From Eledone cirrhosa (Eukaryota), in assembly GCA_964016885.1 (NCBI GenBank), contig OZ024744.1, positions 121,830,001 to 121,894,000 of the forward strand: DNA of 64,000 nucleotides, read 5' to 3'. The first letter of the stretch is position 1; each line of letters starts with the position of its first letter. Shown piece by piece: positions 31,141 to 46,000 of this stretch. The position numbers and the translations under genes were made by a program. The notes under the pieces are model-generated. The model did no database searches. It saw only the letters and a program-made list of their open reading frames with translations, and was not told the origin of the DNA.

Positions 31141-33300
31141 ACTCAACCATCTCACACTATCTCTCTTCACAACATCCATCACTACCTCCATTCCTCTCAC
31201 CCAGTCACTTTTATCCTTCCTCAACACAGGACCCAACCATCTCACACTAACTCTCTTCACAACATCCATCACTACCTCTATTCCTCTCACCCAGTCACTT
31301 TTAACCTTCCTCAACACATGACCCAACCATCTCACACTATCTCTCTTCACAACATCCATCACTACCTCTGTTCCTCCCACCCAGTCACATTCATACATCC
31401 TCAACACATGACCCACACATCTCAAACTATCTCTCTTCACAACATCCATCACTACCTCAATTTCTCTCACCCAGTCACTTTTTTCCTTCCTCAACACATG
31501 ACCCAACCATCTCACACTATCTCTCTTCACAACATCCATCACTACCTCTATTCTTCTCACCCAGTCACTTTTATCCTTCCTCAACACATGACCCAACCAT
31601 CTCACACTATCTCTCATCACAACAACCATCACTACATCTATTCCTCTCACCCAGTTACTTTTATCCTTCCTCAACACATGACCCAACCATCTCACACTAT
31701 CTCTCTTCACAACATCCATCATTACTTCTGTTCCTCTCATCCAGTCACTTTCATACTTCCTCAACACATGACCCAACCATCTCACACTATCTCTCTTCAC
31801 AACATCCATCACTACCTCTATTCCTCTCACCCAGTCACTTTCATACTTCCTCAACACATGAGCCAACCATCTCACACTATCTCTCTTCACAACATCCATC
31901 ACTACCTCTATTCCTCTCACCCAGTCACTTTTATCATTCCTCAACACATGACGCAACCATCTCAAACTATCTCTCTTCACAACATCCATCACCACCTCTA
32001 TTGCTCTTACCCACTCACTTTCATACTTCCTGAACACATGACCCAACCATCTCACACTATCTCTCTTCACAACATCCATCACTACCTCTATTCCTCTCAC
32101 CCAGTCACTTTTATACTTCCTCAACACAGGACCAAACCATCTCACACTATCTCTCTTCACAACATTTCATCACTACCTCTATTCCTCTCACCCAGTCACT
32201 TTCATACTTCCTCAACACATGACCCAACCATCTCACACTATCTCTCTTCACAACATCCATCTCTACCTCTATTCCTCTCACCCAGTTACCTTTATCCTTC
32301 CTCAACACATGACCCAACCATCCCACACTATCTGTCTTCACAACATCCATCACTACCTCTATTCCTCTCACCCAGGCACTTTCATACTTCCTCAACACAT
32401 GACTCAACCATCTCACACTATCTCTCTTCACAACATCCATCACTACCTCCATTCCTCTCACCCAGTCACTTTTATCCTTCCTCAACACAGGACCCAACCA
32501 TCTCACACTAACTCTCTTCACAACATCCATCACTACCTCTATTCCTCTCACCCAGTCACTTTTAACCTTCCTCAACACATGACCCAACCATCTCACACTA
32601 TCTCTCTTCACAACATCCATCACTACCTCTGTTCCTCCCACCCAGTCACATTCATACATCCTCAACACATGACCCACACATCTCAAACTATCTCTCTTCA
32701 CAACATCCATCACTACCTCAATTTCTCTCACCCAGTCACTTTTTTCCTTCCTCAACACATGACCCAACCATCTCACACTATCTCTCTTCACAACATCCAT
32801 CACTACCTCTATTCTTCTCACCCAGTCACTTTTATCCTTCCTCAACACATGACCCAACCATCTCACACTATCTCTCATCACAACAACCATCACTACATCT
32901 ATTCCTCTCACCCAGTTACTTTTATCCTTCCTCAACACATGACCCAACCATCTCACACTATCTCTCTTCACAACATCCATCATTACTTCTGTTCCTCTCA
33001 TCCAGTCACTTTCATACTTCCTCAACACATGACCCAACCATCTCACACTATCTCTCTTCACAACATCCATCACTACCTCTATTCCTCTCACCCAGTCACT
33101 TTCATACTTCCTCAACACATGAGCCAACCATCTCACACTATCTCTCTTCACAACATCCATCACTACCTCTATTCCTCTCACCCAGTCACTTTTATCATTC
33201 CTCAACACATGACGCAACCATCTCACACTATCTCTCTTCACAACATCCATCACCACCTCTATTGCTCTTACCCACTCACTTTCATACTTCCTGAACACAT
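31141..33300. repeat. 14-monomer (1261 bp) duplication
   Basis: ACTCAACC at 31141 and 32402, TTCCTCCCAC at 31371 and 32632, and ACGCAACC at 31951 and 33212 are all 1261 apart. Confidence 0.88.
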
Positions 33301-36300
33301 GACCCAACCATCTCACACTATCTCTCTTCACAACATCCATCACTACCTCTATTCCTATCACACAGTCACTTTTATACTTCCTCAACACAGGACCAAACCA
33401 TCTCACACTATCTCTCTTCACAACATCCATCACTACCTCTGTACCTCTCACCCAGTCACATTCATACATCCTCAACACATGACCCACACATCTCAAACTA
33501 TCTCTCTTCACAAGATCCATCACTACCTCTATTCCTCTCACCCAGTAACTTTCATACTTCCTTAACACATGACCCAACCATCCCACACTATCTGTCTTCA
33601 CAACATCCATCACTACCTCTATTCCTCTCACCCAGGCACTTTCATACTTCCTCAACACAGGAGCCAACCATCTCACACTATCTCTCTTCACAACATCCAT
33701 CACTACCTCTGTTCCTCTCACCCAGTCACTTTTATCCTGCCTCAACACATGACCCAACCATCTCACACTATCTCTCTTCACAATATCCATCACTACCTCC
33801 ATTCCTCTCACCCAGTCACTTTTATCCTTCCTCAACACAGGACCCAACCATCTCACACTATCTCTCTTCACAACATCCATCACTACCTCTATTCCTCTCA
33901 CTCAGTCACTTTTATCCTTCCTCAACACATGACCCAACCATCTCACACTATCTCTCTTCACAACATCCATCACTACCTCCATTCCTCTCAGCCAGTCACA
34001 TTCATACTTCCTCAACACATGACCCAACCATCTCACACTATCTCTCTTCACAACATCCATCACTACCTCTATTCCTCTCACCCAGTCACTTTTATCCTTC
34101 CTCAACACATGACCCAACCATCACACACTATCTCTCTTCACAACATCCATCACTACCTCTATTCCTATCACACAGTCACTTTTATACTTCCTCAACACAG
34201 GACCAAACCATCTCACACTATCTCTCTTCACAACATCCATCACTACCTCTGTTCCTCTCACCCAGTCACATTCATACTTCCTCAACACATGACCCAACCA
34301 TCTCACACTATCTCTCTTCACAACATCCATCACTACCTCTATTCCTCTCACCCAGTCACTTTTATACTTCCTCAACACATGACCTAACCCTCTCACACTA
34401 TCTCTCTTCAAAATATCCATCACTACCTCTATTCCTCTCACTCAGTCACTTTTATCCTTCCTCAACACATGACCCAACCATCTCACACTATCTCTCTTCA
34501 CAACAACCATCACTACATCTATTCCTCTCACCCAGTTACTTTTATCCTTCCTCAACACATGACCCAACCATCTCACACTATCTCTCTTCACAACATCCAT
34601 CATTACTTCTGTTCCTCTCATCCAGTCACTTTCATACTTCCTCAACACATGACCCAACCATCTCACACTATCTCTCTTCACAACATCCATCACTACCTCT
34701 ATTCCTCTCACCCAGTCACTTTCATACTTCCTCAACACATGAGCCAACCATCTCACACTATCTCTCTTCACAACATCCATCACTACCTCTATTCCTCTCA
34801 CCCAGTCACTTTTATCATTCCTCAACACATGACGCAACCATCTCACACTATCTCTCTTCACAACATCCATCACCACCTCTATTGCTCTTACCCACTCACT
34901 TTCATACTTCCTGAACACATGACCCAACCATCTCACACTATCTCTCTTCACAACATCCATCACTACCTCTATTCCTATCACACAGTCACTTTTATACTTC
35001 CTCAACACAGGACCAAACCATCTCACACTATCTCTCTTCACAACATCCATCACTACCTCTGTACCTCTCACCCAGTCACATTCATACATCCTCAACACAT
35101 GACCCACACATCTCAAACTATCTCTCTTCACAAGATCCATCACTACCTCTATTCCTCTCACCCAGTCACTTTCATACTTCCTTAACACATGACCCAACCA
35201 TCCCACACTATCTGTCTTCACAACATCCATCACTACCTCTATTCCTCTCACCCAGGCACTTTCATACTTCCTCAACACAGGAGCCAACCATCTCACACTA
35301 TCTCTCTTCACAACATCCATCACTACCTCTGTTCCTCTCACCCAGTCACTTTTATCCTGCCTCAACACATGACCCAACCATCTCACACTATCTCTCTTCA
35401 CAACATCCATCACTACCTCCATTCCTCTCACCCAGTCACTTTTATCCTTCCTCAACACAGGACCCAACCATCTCACACTATCTCTCTTCACAACATCCAT
35501 CACTACCTCTATTCCTCTCACCCAGTCACTTTTATCCTTCCTCAATACATGACCCAACCATCTCACACTATCTCTCTTCACAACATCCATCACTACCTCC
35601 ATTCCTCTCAGCCAGTCACATTCATACTTCCTCAACACATGACCCAACCATCTCACACTATCTCTCTTCACAACATCCATCACTACCTCTATTCCTCTCA
35701 CCCAGTCACTTTTATCCTTCCTCAACACATGACCCAACCATCACACACTATCTCTCTTCACAACATCCATCACTACCTCTATTCCTATCACACAGTCACT
35801 TTTATACTTCCTCAACACAGGACCAAACCATCTCACACTATCTCTCTTCACAACATCCATCACTACCTCTGTTCCTCTCACCCAGTCACATTCATACTTC
35901 CTCAACACATGACCCAACCATCTCACACTATCTCTCTTCACAACATCCATCACTACCTCTATTCCTCTCACCCAGTCACTTTTATACTTCCTCAACACAT
36001 GACCTAACCCTCTCACACTATCTCTCTTCACAATATCCATCACTACCTCTGTTCCTCTCACCCAGTCACTTTTATCCTTCCTCAACACATGACCCAACCA
36101 TCACACTCCATCTCTCTTCACAACATCCATTACTACCTCTGTTCCTCTCACCCAGTCACTTTCATTCTTCCTCAACACATGACCAACCATCTCACACTAA
36201 CTCTCTTCACAACATTTCATCACTACCTCTATTCCTCTCAACCAGTCACTTTTATCCTTCCTCAACACATGACCCAACCATTCTCACACTATCTCTCTTC

Positions 36301-39300
36301 ACAACATCCATCACTACCTCTCTTGCTCTTACCCACTCACTTTCATACTTCTGAACACATGACCCAACCATCTCACACCATCTCTCTTCACAACATCCAT
36401 CACTACCTCTATTCCTCTCACCCAGTCACTTTTATCCTTCCTCAACACATGACCCAACCATCACACACTATCTCTCTTCACAACATCCATTACTACCTCT
36501 GTTCCTCTCACCCAGTCACTTGCATACTTCCTCAACACAGGACCCAACCATCACACACTATCTCTCTTCACAATATCCATCACTACCTCTGTTCCTCTCA
36601 CCCAGTCACTTTCATTCTTCCTCAACACATGACCAACCATCTCACACTAACTCTCTTCACAACATTTCATCACTACCTCTATTCCTCTCAACCAGTCACT
36701 TTTATCCTTCCTCAACACATGACCCAACCATCTCACACTATCTCTCTTCACAACATCCATCACCACCTCTATTGCTCTTACCCACTCACTTTCATACTTC
36801 CTGAACACATGACCCAACCATCTCACACTATCTCTCTTCACAACATCCATCACTACCTCTATTCCTATCACACAGTCACTTTTATACTTCCTCAACACAG
36901 GACCAAACCATCTCACACTATCTCTCTTCACAACATCCATCACTACCTCTGTACCTCTCACCCAGTCACATTCATACATCCTCAACACATGACCCACACA
37001 TCTCAAACTATCTCTCTTCACAAGATCCATCACTACCTCTATTCCTCTCACCCAGTAACTTTCATACTTCCTTAACACATGACCCAACCATCCCACACTA
37101 TCTGTCTTCACAACATCCATCACTACCTCTATTCCTCTCACCCAGGCACTTTCATACTTCCTCAACACAGGAGCCAACCATCTCACACTATCTCTCTTCA
37201 CAACATCCATCACTACCTCTGTTCCTCTCACCCAGTCACTTTTATCCTGCCTCAACACATGACCCAACCATCTCACACTATCTCTCTTCACAACATCCAT
37301 CACTACCTCCATTCCTCTCACCCAGTCACTTTTATCCTTCCTCAACACAGGACCCAACCATCTCACACTATCTCTCTTCACAACATCCATCACTACCTCT
37401 ATTCCTCTCACTCAGTCACTTTTATCCTTCCTCAACACATGACCCAACCATCTCACACTATCTCTCTTCACAACATCCATCACTACCTCCATTCCTCTCA
37501 GCCAGTCACATTCATACTTCCTCAACACATGACCCAACCATCTCACACTATCTCTCTTCACAACATCCATCACTACCTCTATTCCTCTCACCCAGTCACT
37601 TTTATCCTTCCTCAACACATGACCCAACCATCACACACTATCTCTCTTCACAACATCCATCACTACCTCTATTCCTATCACACAGTCACTTTTATACTTC
37701 CTCAACACAGGACCAAACCATCTCACACTATCTCTCTTCACAACATCCATCACTACCTCTGTTCCTCTCACCCAGTCACATTCATACTTCCTCAACACAT
37801 GACCCAACCATCTCACACTATCTCTCTTCACAACATCCATCACTACCTCTATTCCTCTCACCCAGTCACTTTTATACTTCCTCAACACATGACCTAACCC
37901 TCTCACACTATCTCTCTTCACAATATCCATCACTACCTCTATTCCTCTCACTCAGTCACTTTTATCCTTCCTCAACACATGACCCAACCATCTCACACTA
38001 TCTCTCTTCACAACAACCATCACTACATCTATTCCTCTCACCCAGTTACTTTTATCCTTCCTCAACACATGACCCAACCATCTCACACTATCTCTCTTCA
38101 CAACATCCATCATTACTTCTGTTCCTCTCATCCAGTCACTTTCATACTTCCTCAACACATGACCCAACCATCTCACACTATCTCTCTTCACAACATCCAT
38201 CACTACCTCTATTCCTCTCACCCAGTCACTTTCATACTTCCTCAACACATGAGCCAACCATCTCACACTATCTCTCTTCACAACATCCATCACTACCTCT
38301 ATTCCTCTCACCCAGTCACTTTTATCATTCCTCAACACATGACGCAACCATCTCACACTATCTCTCTTCACAACATCCATCACCACCTCTATTGCTCTTA
38401 CCCACTCACTTTCATACTTCCTGAACACATGACCCAACCATCTCACACTATCTCTCTTCACAACATCCATCACTACCTCTATTCCTATCACACAGTCACT
38501 TTTATACTTCCTCAACACAGGACCAAACCATCTCACACTATCTCTCTTCACAACATCCATCACTACCTCTGTACCTCTCACCCAGTCACATTCATACATC
38601 CTCAACACATGACCCACACATCTCAAACTATCTCTCTTCACAAGATCCATCACTACCTCTATTCCTCTCACCCAGTCACTTTCATACTTCCTTAACACAT
38701 GACCCAACCATCCCACACTATCTGTCTTCACAACATCCATCACTACCTCTATTCCTCTCACCCAGGCACTTTCATACTTCCTCAACACAGGAGCCAACCA
38801 TCTCACACTATCTCTCTTCACAACATCCATCACTACCTCTGTTCCTCTCACCCAGTCACTTTTATCCTGCCTCAACACATGACCCAACCATCTCACACTA
38901 TCTCTCTTCACAACATCCATCACTACCTCCATTCCTCTCACCCAGTCACTTTTATCCTTCCTCAACACAGGACCCAACCATCTCACACTATCTCTCTTCA
39001 CAACATCCATCACTACCTCTATTCCTCTCACTCAGTCACTTTTATCCTTCCTCAATACATGACCCAACCATCTCACACTATCTCTCTTCACAACATCCAT
39101 CACTACCTCCATTCCTCTCAGCCAGTCACATTCATACTTCCTCAACACATGACCCAACCATCTCACACTATCTCTCTTCACAACATCCATCACTACCTCT
39201 ATTCCTCTCACCCAGTCACTTTTATCCTTCCTCAACACATGACCCAACCATCACACACTATCTCTCTTCACAACATCCATCACTACCTCTATTCCTATCA

Positions 39301-39600
39301 CACAGTCACTTTTATACTTCCTCAACACAGGACCAAACCATCTCACACTATCTCTCTTCACAACATCCATCACTACCTCTGTTCCTCTCACCCAGTCACA
39401 TTCATACTTCCTCAACACATGACCCAACCATCTCACACTATCTCTCTTCACAACATCCATCACTACCTCTATTCCTCTCACCCAGTCACTTTTATACTTC
39501 CTCAACACATGACCTAACCCTCTCACACTATCTCTCTTCACAATATCCATCACTACCTCTGTTCCTCTCACCCAGTCACTTTTATCCTTCCTCAACACAT
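32880..39600. repeat. Two-level higher-order repeat: 18-mer (1620 bp) inside a 39-mer (3510 bp)
   Basis: CTTAACACAT at 33561, 35181, 37071 and 38691 (spacings 1620, 1890, 1620). CCCAGTAACT marks units 1 and 3 (33541, 37051). CTCAATACAT marks units 2 and 4 (35541, 39051). Confidence 0.92.
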
Positions 39601-40039
39601 GACCCAACCATCTCACACTATCTCTCTTCACAACATTTCATCACTACCTCTATTCCTCTCACCCAGTCACTTTCATACTTCCTCAACACATGACCCAAAC
39701 ATCTCACACTATCTCTCTTCACAACATCCATCACTACCTCTATTCCTCTCACCCAGTCACTTTTATCCTTCCTCAACACATGACCCAACCATCACACACT
39801 ATCTCTCTTCACAACATCCATTACTACCTCTGTTCCTCTCACCCAGTCACTTTCATTCTTCCTCAACACATGACCAACCATCTCACACTAACTCTCTTCA
39901 CAACATTTCATCACTACCTCTATTCCTCTCAACCAGTCACTTTTATCCTTCCTCAACACATGACCCAACCATTCTCACACTATCTCTCTTCACAACATCC
40001 ATCACTACCTCTCTTGCTCTTACCCACTCACTTTCATAC

Positions 40040-43000
40040 TTCTGAACACATGACCCAACCATCTCACACCATCTCTCTTCACAACATCCATCACTACCTC
40101 TATTCCTCTCACCCAGTCACTTTTAACCTTCCTCAACACATGACCCAACCATCTCACACTATCTCTCTTCACAACATCCATCACTACCTCTATTCCTATC
40201 ACACAGTCACTTTTATACTTCCTCAACACAGGACCCAACCATCTCACACTATCTCTCTTCACAACATCCATCACTACCTCTGTTCCTCTCACCCAGTCAC
40301 ATTCATACATCCTCAGCACATGACCCACACATCTCAAACTATCTCTCTTCACAACGTCCATCACTACCTCTATTCCTCTCACCCAGTCACTTTCATACTT
40401 CCTCAACACATGACCCAACCATCCCACACTATCTTTCTTCACAACATCCATCACTACCTCTATTCCTCTCACCCAGGCACTTTCATACTTCCTCAACACA
40501 TGACCCAACCATCTCACACTATCTCTCTTCACAACATCCATCACTACCTCTGTTCCTCTCACCCAGTCACTTTTATCCTGCCTCAACACATGACCCAACC
40601 ATCTCACACTATCTCTCTTCACAACATCCATCACTACCTCCATTCCTCTCACCTCGTCACTTTTATCCTTCCTCAACACAGGACCCAACCATCTCACACT
40701 ATCTCTCTTCACAACATCCATCACTACCTCTATTCCTCTCACTCAGTCACTTTTATCCTTCCTCAACACATGACCCAACCATCTCACACTATCTCTCTTC
40801 ACAACATCCATCACTACCTCCATTCCTCTCACCTCGTCACTTTTATCCTTCCTCAACACAGGACCCAACCATCTCACACTATCTCTCTTCACAACATCCA
40901 TCACTACCTCTATTCCTCTCACTCAGTCACTTTTATCCTTCCTCAACACATGACCCAACCATCTCACACTAACTCTCTTCACAACATTTCATCACTACCT
41001 CTATTCCTCTCAACCAGTCACTTTCATACTTCCTCAACACATGACCTAACTATCTCACACTATCTCTCTTCAAAACATCTATCACTACCTCTATTCCTCT
41101 CACCCAGTCACTTTTATCCTTCCTCAACACATGACCCAACCATCTCACACTATCTCTCTTCACAACATCCATCACTATCTCTGTTCCTCTCACCCAGTCA
41201 CTTTCATACTTCCTCAACACATGAACCAACCATCTCACACTATCTCTCTTCACAACATTTTATCATTACCTCTATTCCTCTCACCCAGTCACTTTCATAC
41301 TTCGTCAACACATGACCCAACCATCTCACACTATCTCTCTTCAAAACATCTATCACTACCTCTATTCCTCTCACCCAGTCACTTTCATCCTTCCTCAACA
41401 CATGACCCAACCATCTCACACTATCTCTCTTCACAACATCCATCACTGCCTCTATTCCTCTCACCCAGTCACTTTTATCCTTCCTCAACACATGACCCAA
41501 CCATCTCACACTATCTCTCTTCACAACATCCATCACTACCTCTATTCCTCTCAGCCAGTCACTTTTATCCTTCCTCAACACATGACCCAACCATTCTCAC
41601 ACTATCTATCTTCACAACATCCATCACTACATCTATTCCTCTCACCCAGTCACTTTTATACTTCTTCAACACATGGCCCAACCATCTCACACTATCTCTC
41701 TTCACAACATCCATCACTACATCTATTCCTCTCACACTGTCACTTTCATACTTCCTCAACACATGACCCAACCATCTCACACTATCTCTCTTCACAACAT
41801 CCATCACTACCTCTATTCCTCTCACCCAGTCACTATTATCCTTCCTCAACACATGACCTAACCATCTCACACTATCTCTCTTCACAACATCCAGCACTAC
41901 CTCCATTCCTCTCAGTCAGTCACTTTTATCCTTCCTCAACACATGAACCAACCATCTCAGACTATCTCACTTCACAACATCCAACACTGCCTCTATTCCT
42001 CTCACCCAGTCACATTCTAACTTCCTCAACACATGACCCAACCATCTCACACTATCTCTCTTCACAACATCCATCACTACCTCTATTCCTCTCACCCAGT
42101 CACTTTTATCCTTCCTCAACACATGACCCAACCATCTCACACTAACTCTCTTCACAACATTTCATCACTACCTCTATTCCTCTCAACCAGTCACTTTCAT
42201 AGTTCCTCAACACATGACCTAACTATCTCACACTATCTCTCTTCACGACATCCATCACTATCTCTGTTCCTCTCACCCAGTCACTTTCATACTTCCTCAA
42301 CACATGAACCAACCATCTCACACTATCTCTCTTCACAACATTTTATCACTACCTCTATTCCTCTCACCCAGTCACTTTCATACTTCCTCAACACATGACC
42401 TAACCATCTCACACTATCTCTCTTCACAACATTTCATCACTACCTCTATTCCTCTCACCCAGTCACTTTCATACTTCCTCAACACATGACCCAACCATCT
42501 CACACTATCTCTCTTCAAAACATCCATCACTACCTCTATTCCTCTCACCCAGTCACTTTTATCCTTCCTCAACACATGACCCAACCATCTCACACTATCT
42601 CTCTTCACAATATCCATCACTACCTCTATTCCTCTCAGCCAGTCACATTTATCCTTCCTCAACACATGACCCAACCATTCTCACACTATCTATCTTCACA
42701 ACATCCATCACTACATCTATTCCTCTCACCCAGTCACTTTTATACTTCTTCAACACATGACCCAACCATCTCACACTATCTCTCTTCACAACATCCATCA
42801 CTACCTCTATTCCTCTCACCCAGTCACTTTTATCCTTCCTCAACACATGACCCAACCATCTCACACTATCTCTCTTCACAACATCCATCACTACATCTAT
42901 TCCTCTCACACTGTCACTTTCATACTTCCTCAACACATGACCCAACCATCTCACACTATCTCTCTTCACAACATCCATCACTACCTCTATTCCTCTCACC

Positions 43001-46000
43001 CAGTCACTATTATCCTTCCTCAACACATGACCTAACCATCTCACACTATCTCTCTTCACAACATCCATCACTACGTCTGTTCCTCTCACCCAGTCTCTTT
43101 CAACCTTCCTCAACACATCACCTAACCATCTCACACTATCTCTCTTCACAACATCCATCACTACCTCTATTCCTCTCAGCCAGTCACATTTATCCTTCCT
43201 CAACACATGACCCAACCATTCTCACACTATCTATCTTCACAACATCCATCACTACATCTATTCCTCTCACCCAGTCACTTTTATACTTCTTCAACACATG
43301 ACCCAACCATCTCACACTATCTCTCTTCACAACATTCATCACTACATCTATTCCTCTCACACTGTCACTTTCATACTTCCTCAACACATGACCCAACCAT
43401 CTCACACTATCTCTCTTCACAACATCCATCATTACCTCTATTCCTCTCACCCAGTCACTTTTATACTTCCTCAACACATGACCCAACCATCTCACACTAT
43501 CTCTCTTCACAACATCCATCACTACCTCTGTTCCTCTCACCCAGTCACTTTTATCCTTCCTCAACACATAACCCTACCATCTCACACTATCTCTCTTCAC
43601 AACATTTCATCACTACCTCTATTCCTCTCACCCAGTCACTTTCATACTTCCTCAACACATGACCCAAACATCTCACACTATCTCTCTTCACAACATCCAT
43701 CACTACCTCTATTCCTCTCACCCAGTCACTTTTATCCTTCCTCAACACATGACCCAACCATCTCACACTATCTTTCTTCACAACATCCATCACTACCTCT
43801 ATTGCTCTTACCCACTCACTTTCATACTTCCTGAACACATGACCCAACCATCTCACACCATCTCTCTTCACAACATCAATCACTACCTCTATTCCTCTCA
43901 CCCAGTCACTTTTAACCTTCCTCAACACATGACCCAACCATCTCACACTATCTCTCTTCACAACATCCATCACTACCTCTATTCCTATCACACAGTCACT
44001 TTTATACTTCCTCAACACAGGACCCAACCATCTCACACTATCTCTCTTCACAACATCCATCACTACCTCTGTTCCTCTCAACCAGTCACATTCATACATC
44101 CTCAACACATGACCCACACATCTCAAACTATCTCTCTTCACAAGATCCATCACTACCTCTATTCCTCTCACCCAGTCACTTTCATACTTCCTCAACACAT
44201 GACCCAACCATCCCACACTATCTTTCTTCACAACATCCATCATTACCTCTATTCCTCTCACCCAGGCACTTTCATACTTCCTCAACACATGACCCAACCA
44301 TCTCACACTATCTCTCTTCACAACATCCATCACTACCTCTGTTCCTCTCACCCAGTCACTTTTATCCTGCCTCAACACATGACCCAACCATCTCACACTA
44401 TCTCTCTTCACAACATCAATCACTACCTCTATTCCTCTCACCTCGTCACTTTTATCCTTCCTCAACACAGGACCCAACCATCTCACACTATCTCTCTTCA
44501 CAACATCCATCACTACCTCTATTCCTCTCACTCAGTCACTTTTATCCTTCCTCAACACATGACCCAACCATCTCACACTATCTCTCTTCACAACATCCAT
44601 CACTACCTCCATTCCTCTCAGCCAGTCACATTCATACTTCCTCAACACATGACCCAACCATCTCACACTATCTCTCTTCACAACATCCATCACTACGTCT
44701 GTTCCTCTCACCCAGTCTCTTTCAACCTTCCTCAACACATGACCTAACCATCTCACACTATCTCTCTTCACAACATCCATCACTACCTCTATTCCTCTCA
44801 CCCAGTCACTTTTATACTTCCTCAACACATGACCTAACCCTCTCACACTATCTCTCTTCACAATATCCATCACTACCTCTGTTCCTCTCACCCAGTCACT
44901 TTTATCCTTCCTCAACACATGACCCAACCATCTCACACTATCTCTCTTCACAACATTTCATCACTACCTCTATTCCTCTCACCCAGTCACTTTCATACTT
45001 CGTCAACACATGACCCAACCATCTCACACTATCTCTCTTCAAAACATCCATCACTACCTCTATTCCTCTCACCCAGTCACTTTTATCCTTCCTCAACACA
45101 TGACCCAACCATCTCACACTATCTCTCTTCACAACATCCATCACTACCTCTATTCCTCTCACCCAGTCACTTTTATCCTTCCTCAATACATGACCCAACC
45201 ATCTCACACTATCTCTCTTCACAACATCCATCACTACCTCTATTCCTCTCAGCCAGTCACTTTTATCCTTCCTCAACACATGACCCAACCATTCTCACAC
45301 TATCTATCTTCACAACATCCATCACTACATCTATTCCTCTCACCCAGTCACTTTTATACTTCTTCAACACATGACCCAACCATCTCACACTATCTCTCTT
45401 CACAACATCCATCACTACATCTATTCCTCTCACACTGTCACTTTCATACTTCCTCAACACATGACCCAACCATCTCACACTATCTCTCTTCACAACATCC
45501 ATCACTACCTCTATTCCTCTCACCCAGTCACTATTATCCTTCCTCAACACATGACCTAACCATCTCACACTATCTCTCTTCACAACATCCATCACTACCT
45601 CCATTCCTCTCAGCCAGTCACTTTTATCCTTCCTCAACACATGAACCAACCATCTCACACTATCTCACTTCACAACATCCAACACTGCCTCTATTCCTCT
45701 CACCCAGTCACATTCTAACTTCCTCAACACATGACCCAACCATCTCACACTATCTCTCTTCACAACATCCATCACTACCTCTATTCCTCTCACCCAGTCA
45801 CTTTTATCCTTCCTCAACACATGACCCAACCATCTCACACTAACTCTCTTCACAACATTTCATCACTACCTCTATTCCTCTCAACCAGTCACTTTCATAC
45901 TTCCTCAACACATGACCTAACTATCTCACACTATCTCTCTTCACGACATCCATCACTATCTCTGTTCCTCTCACCCAGTCACTTTCATACTTCCTCAACA

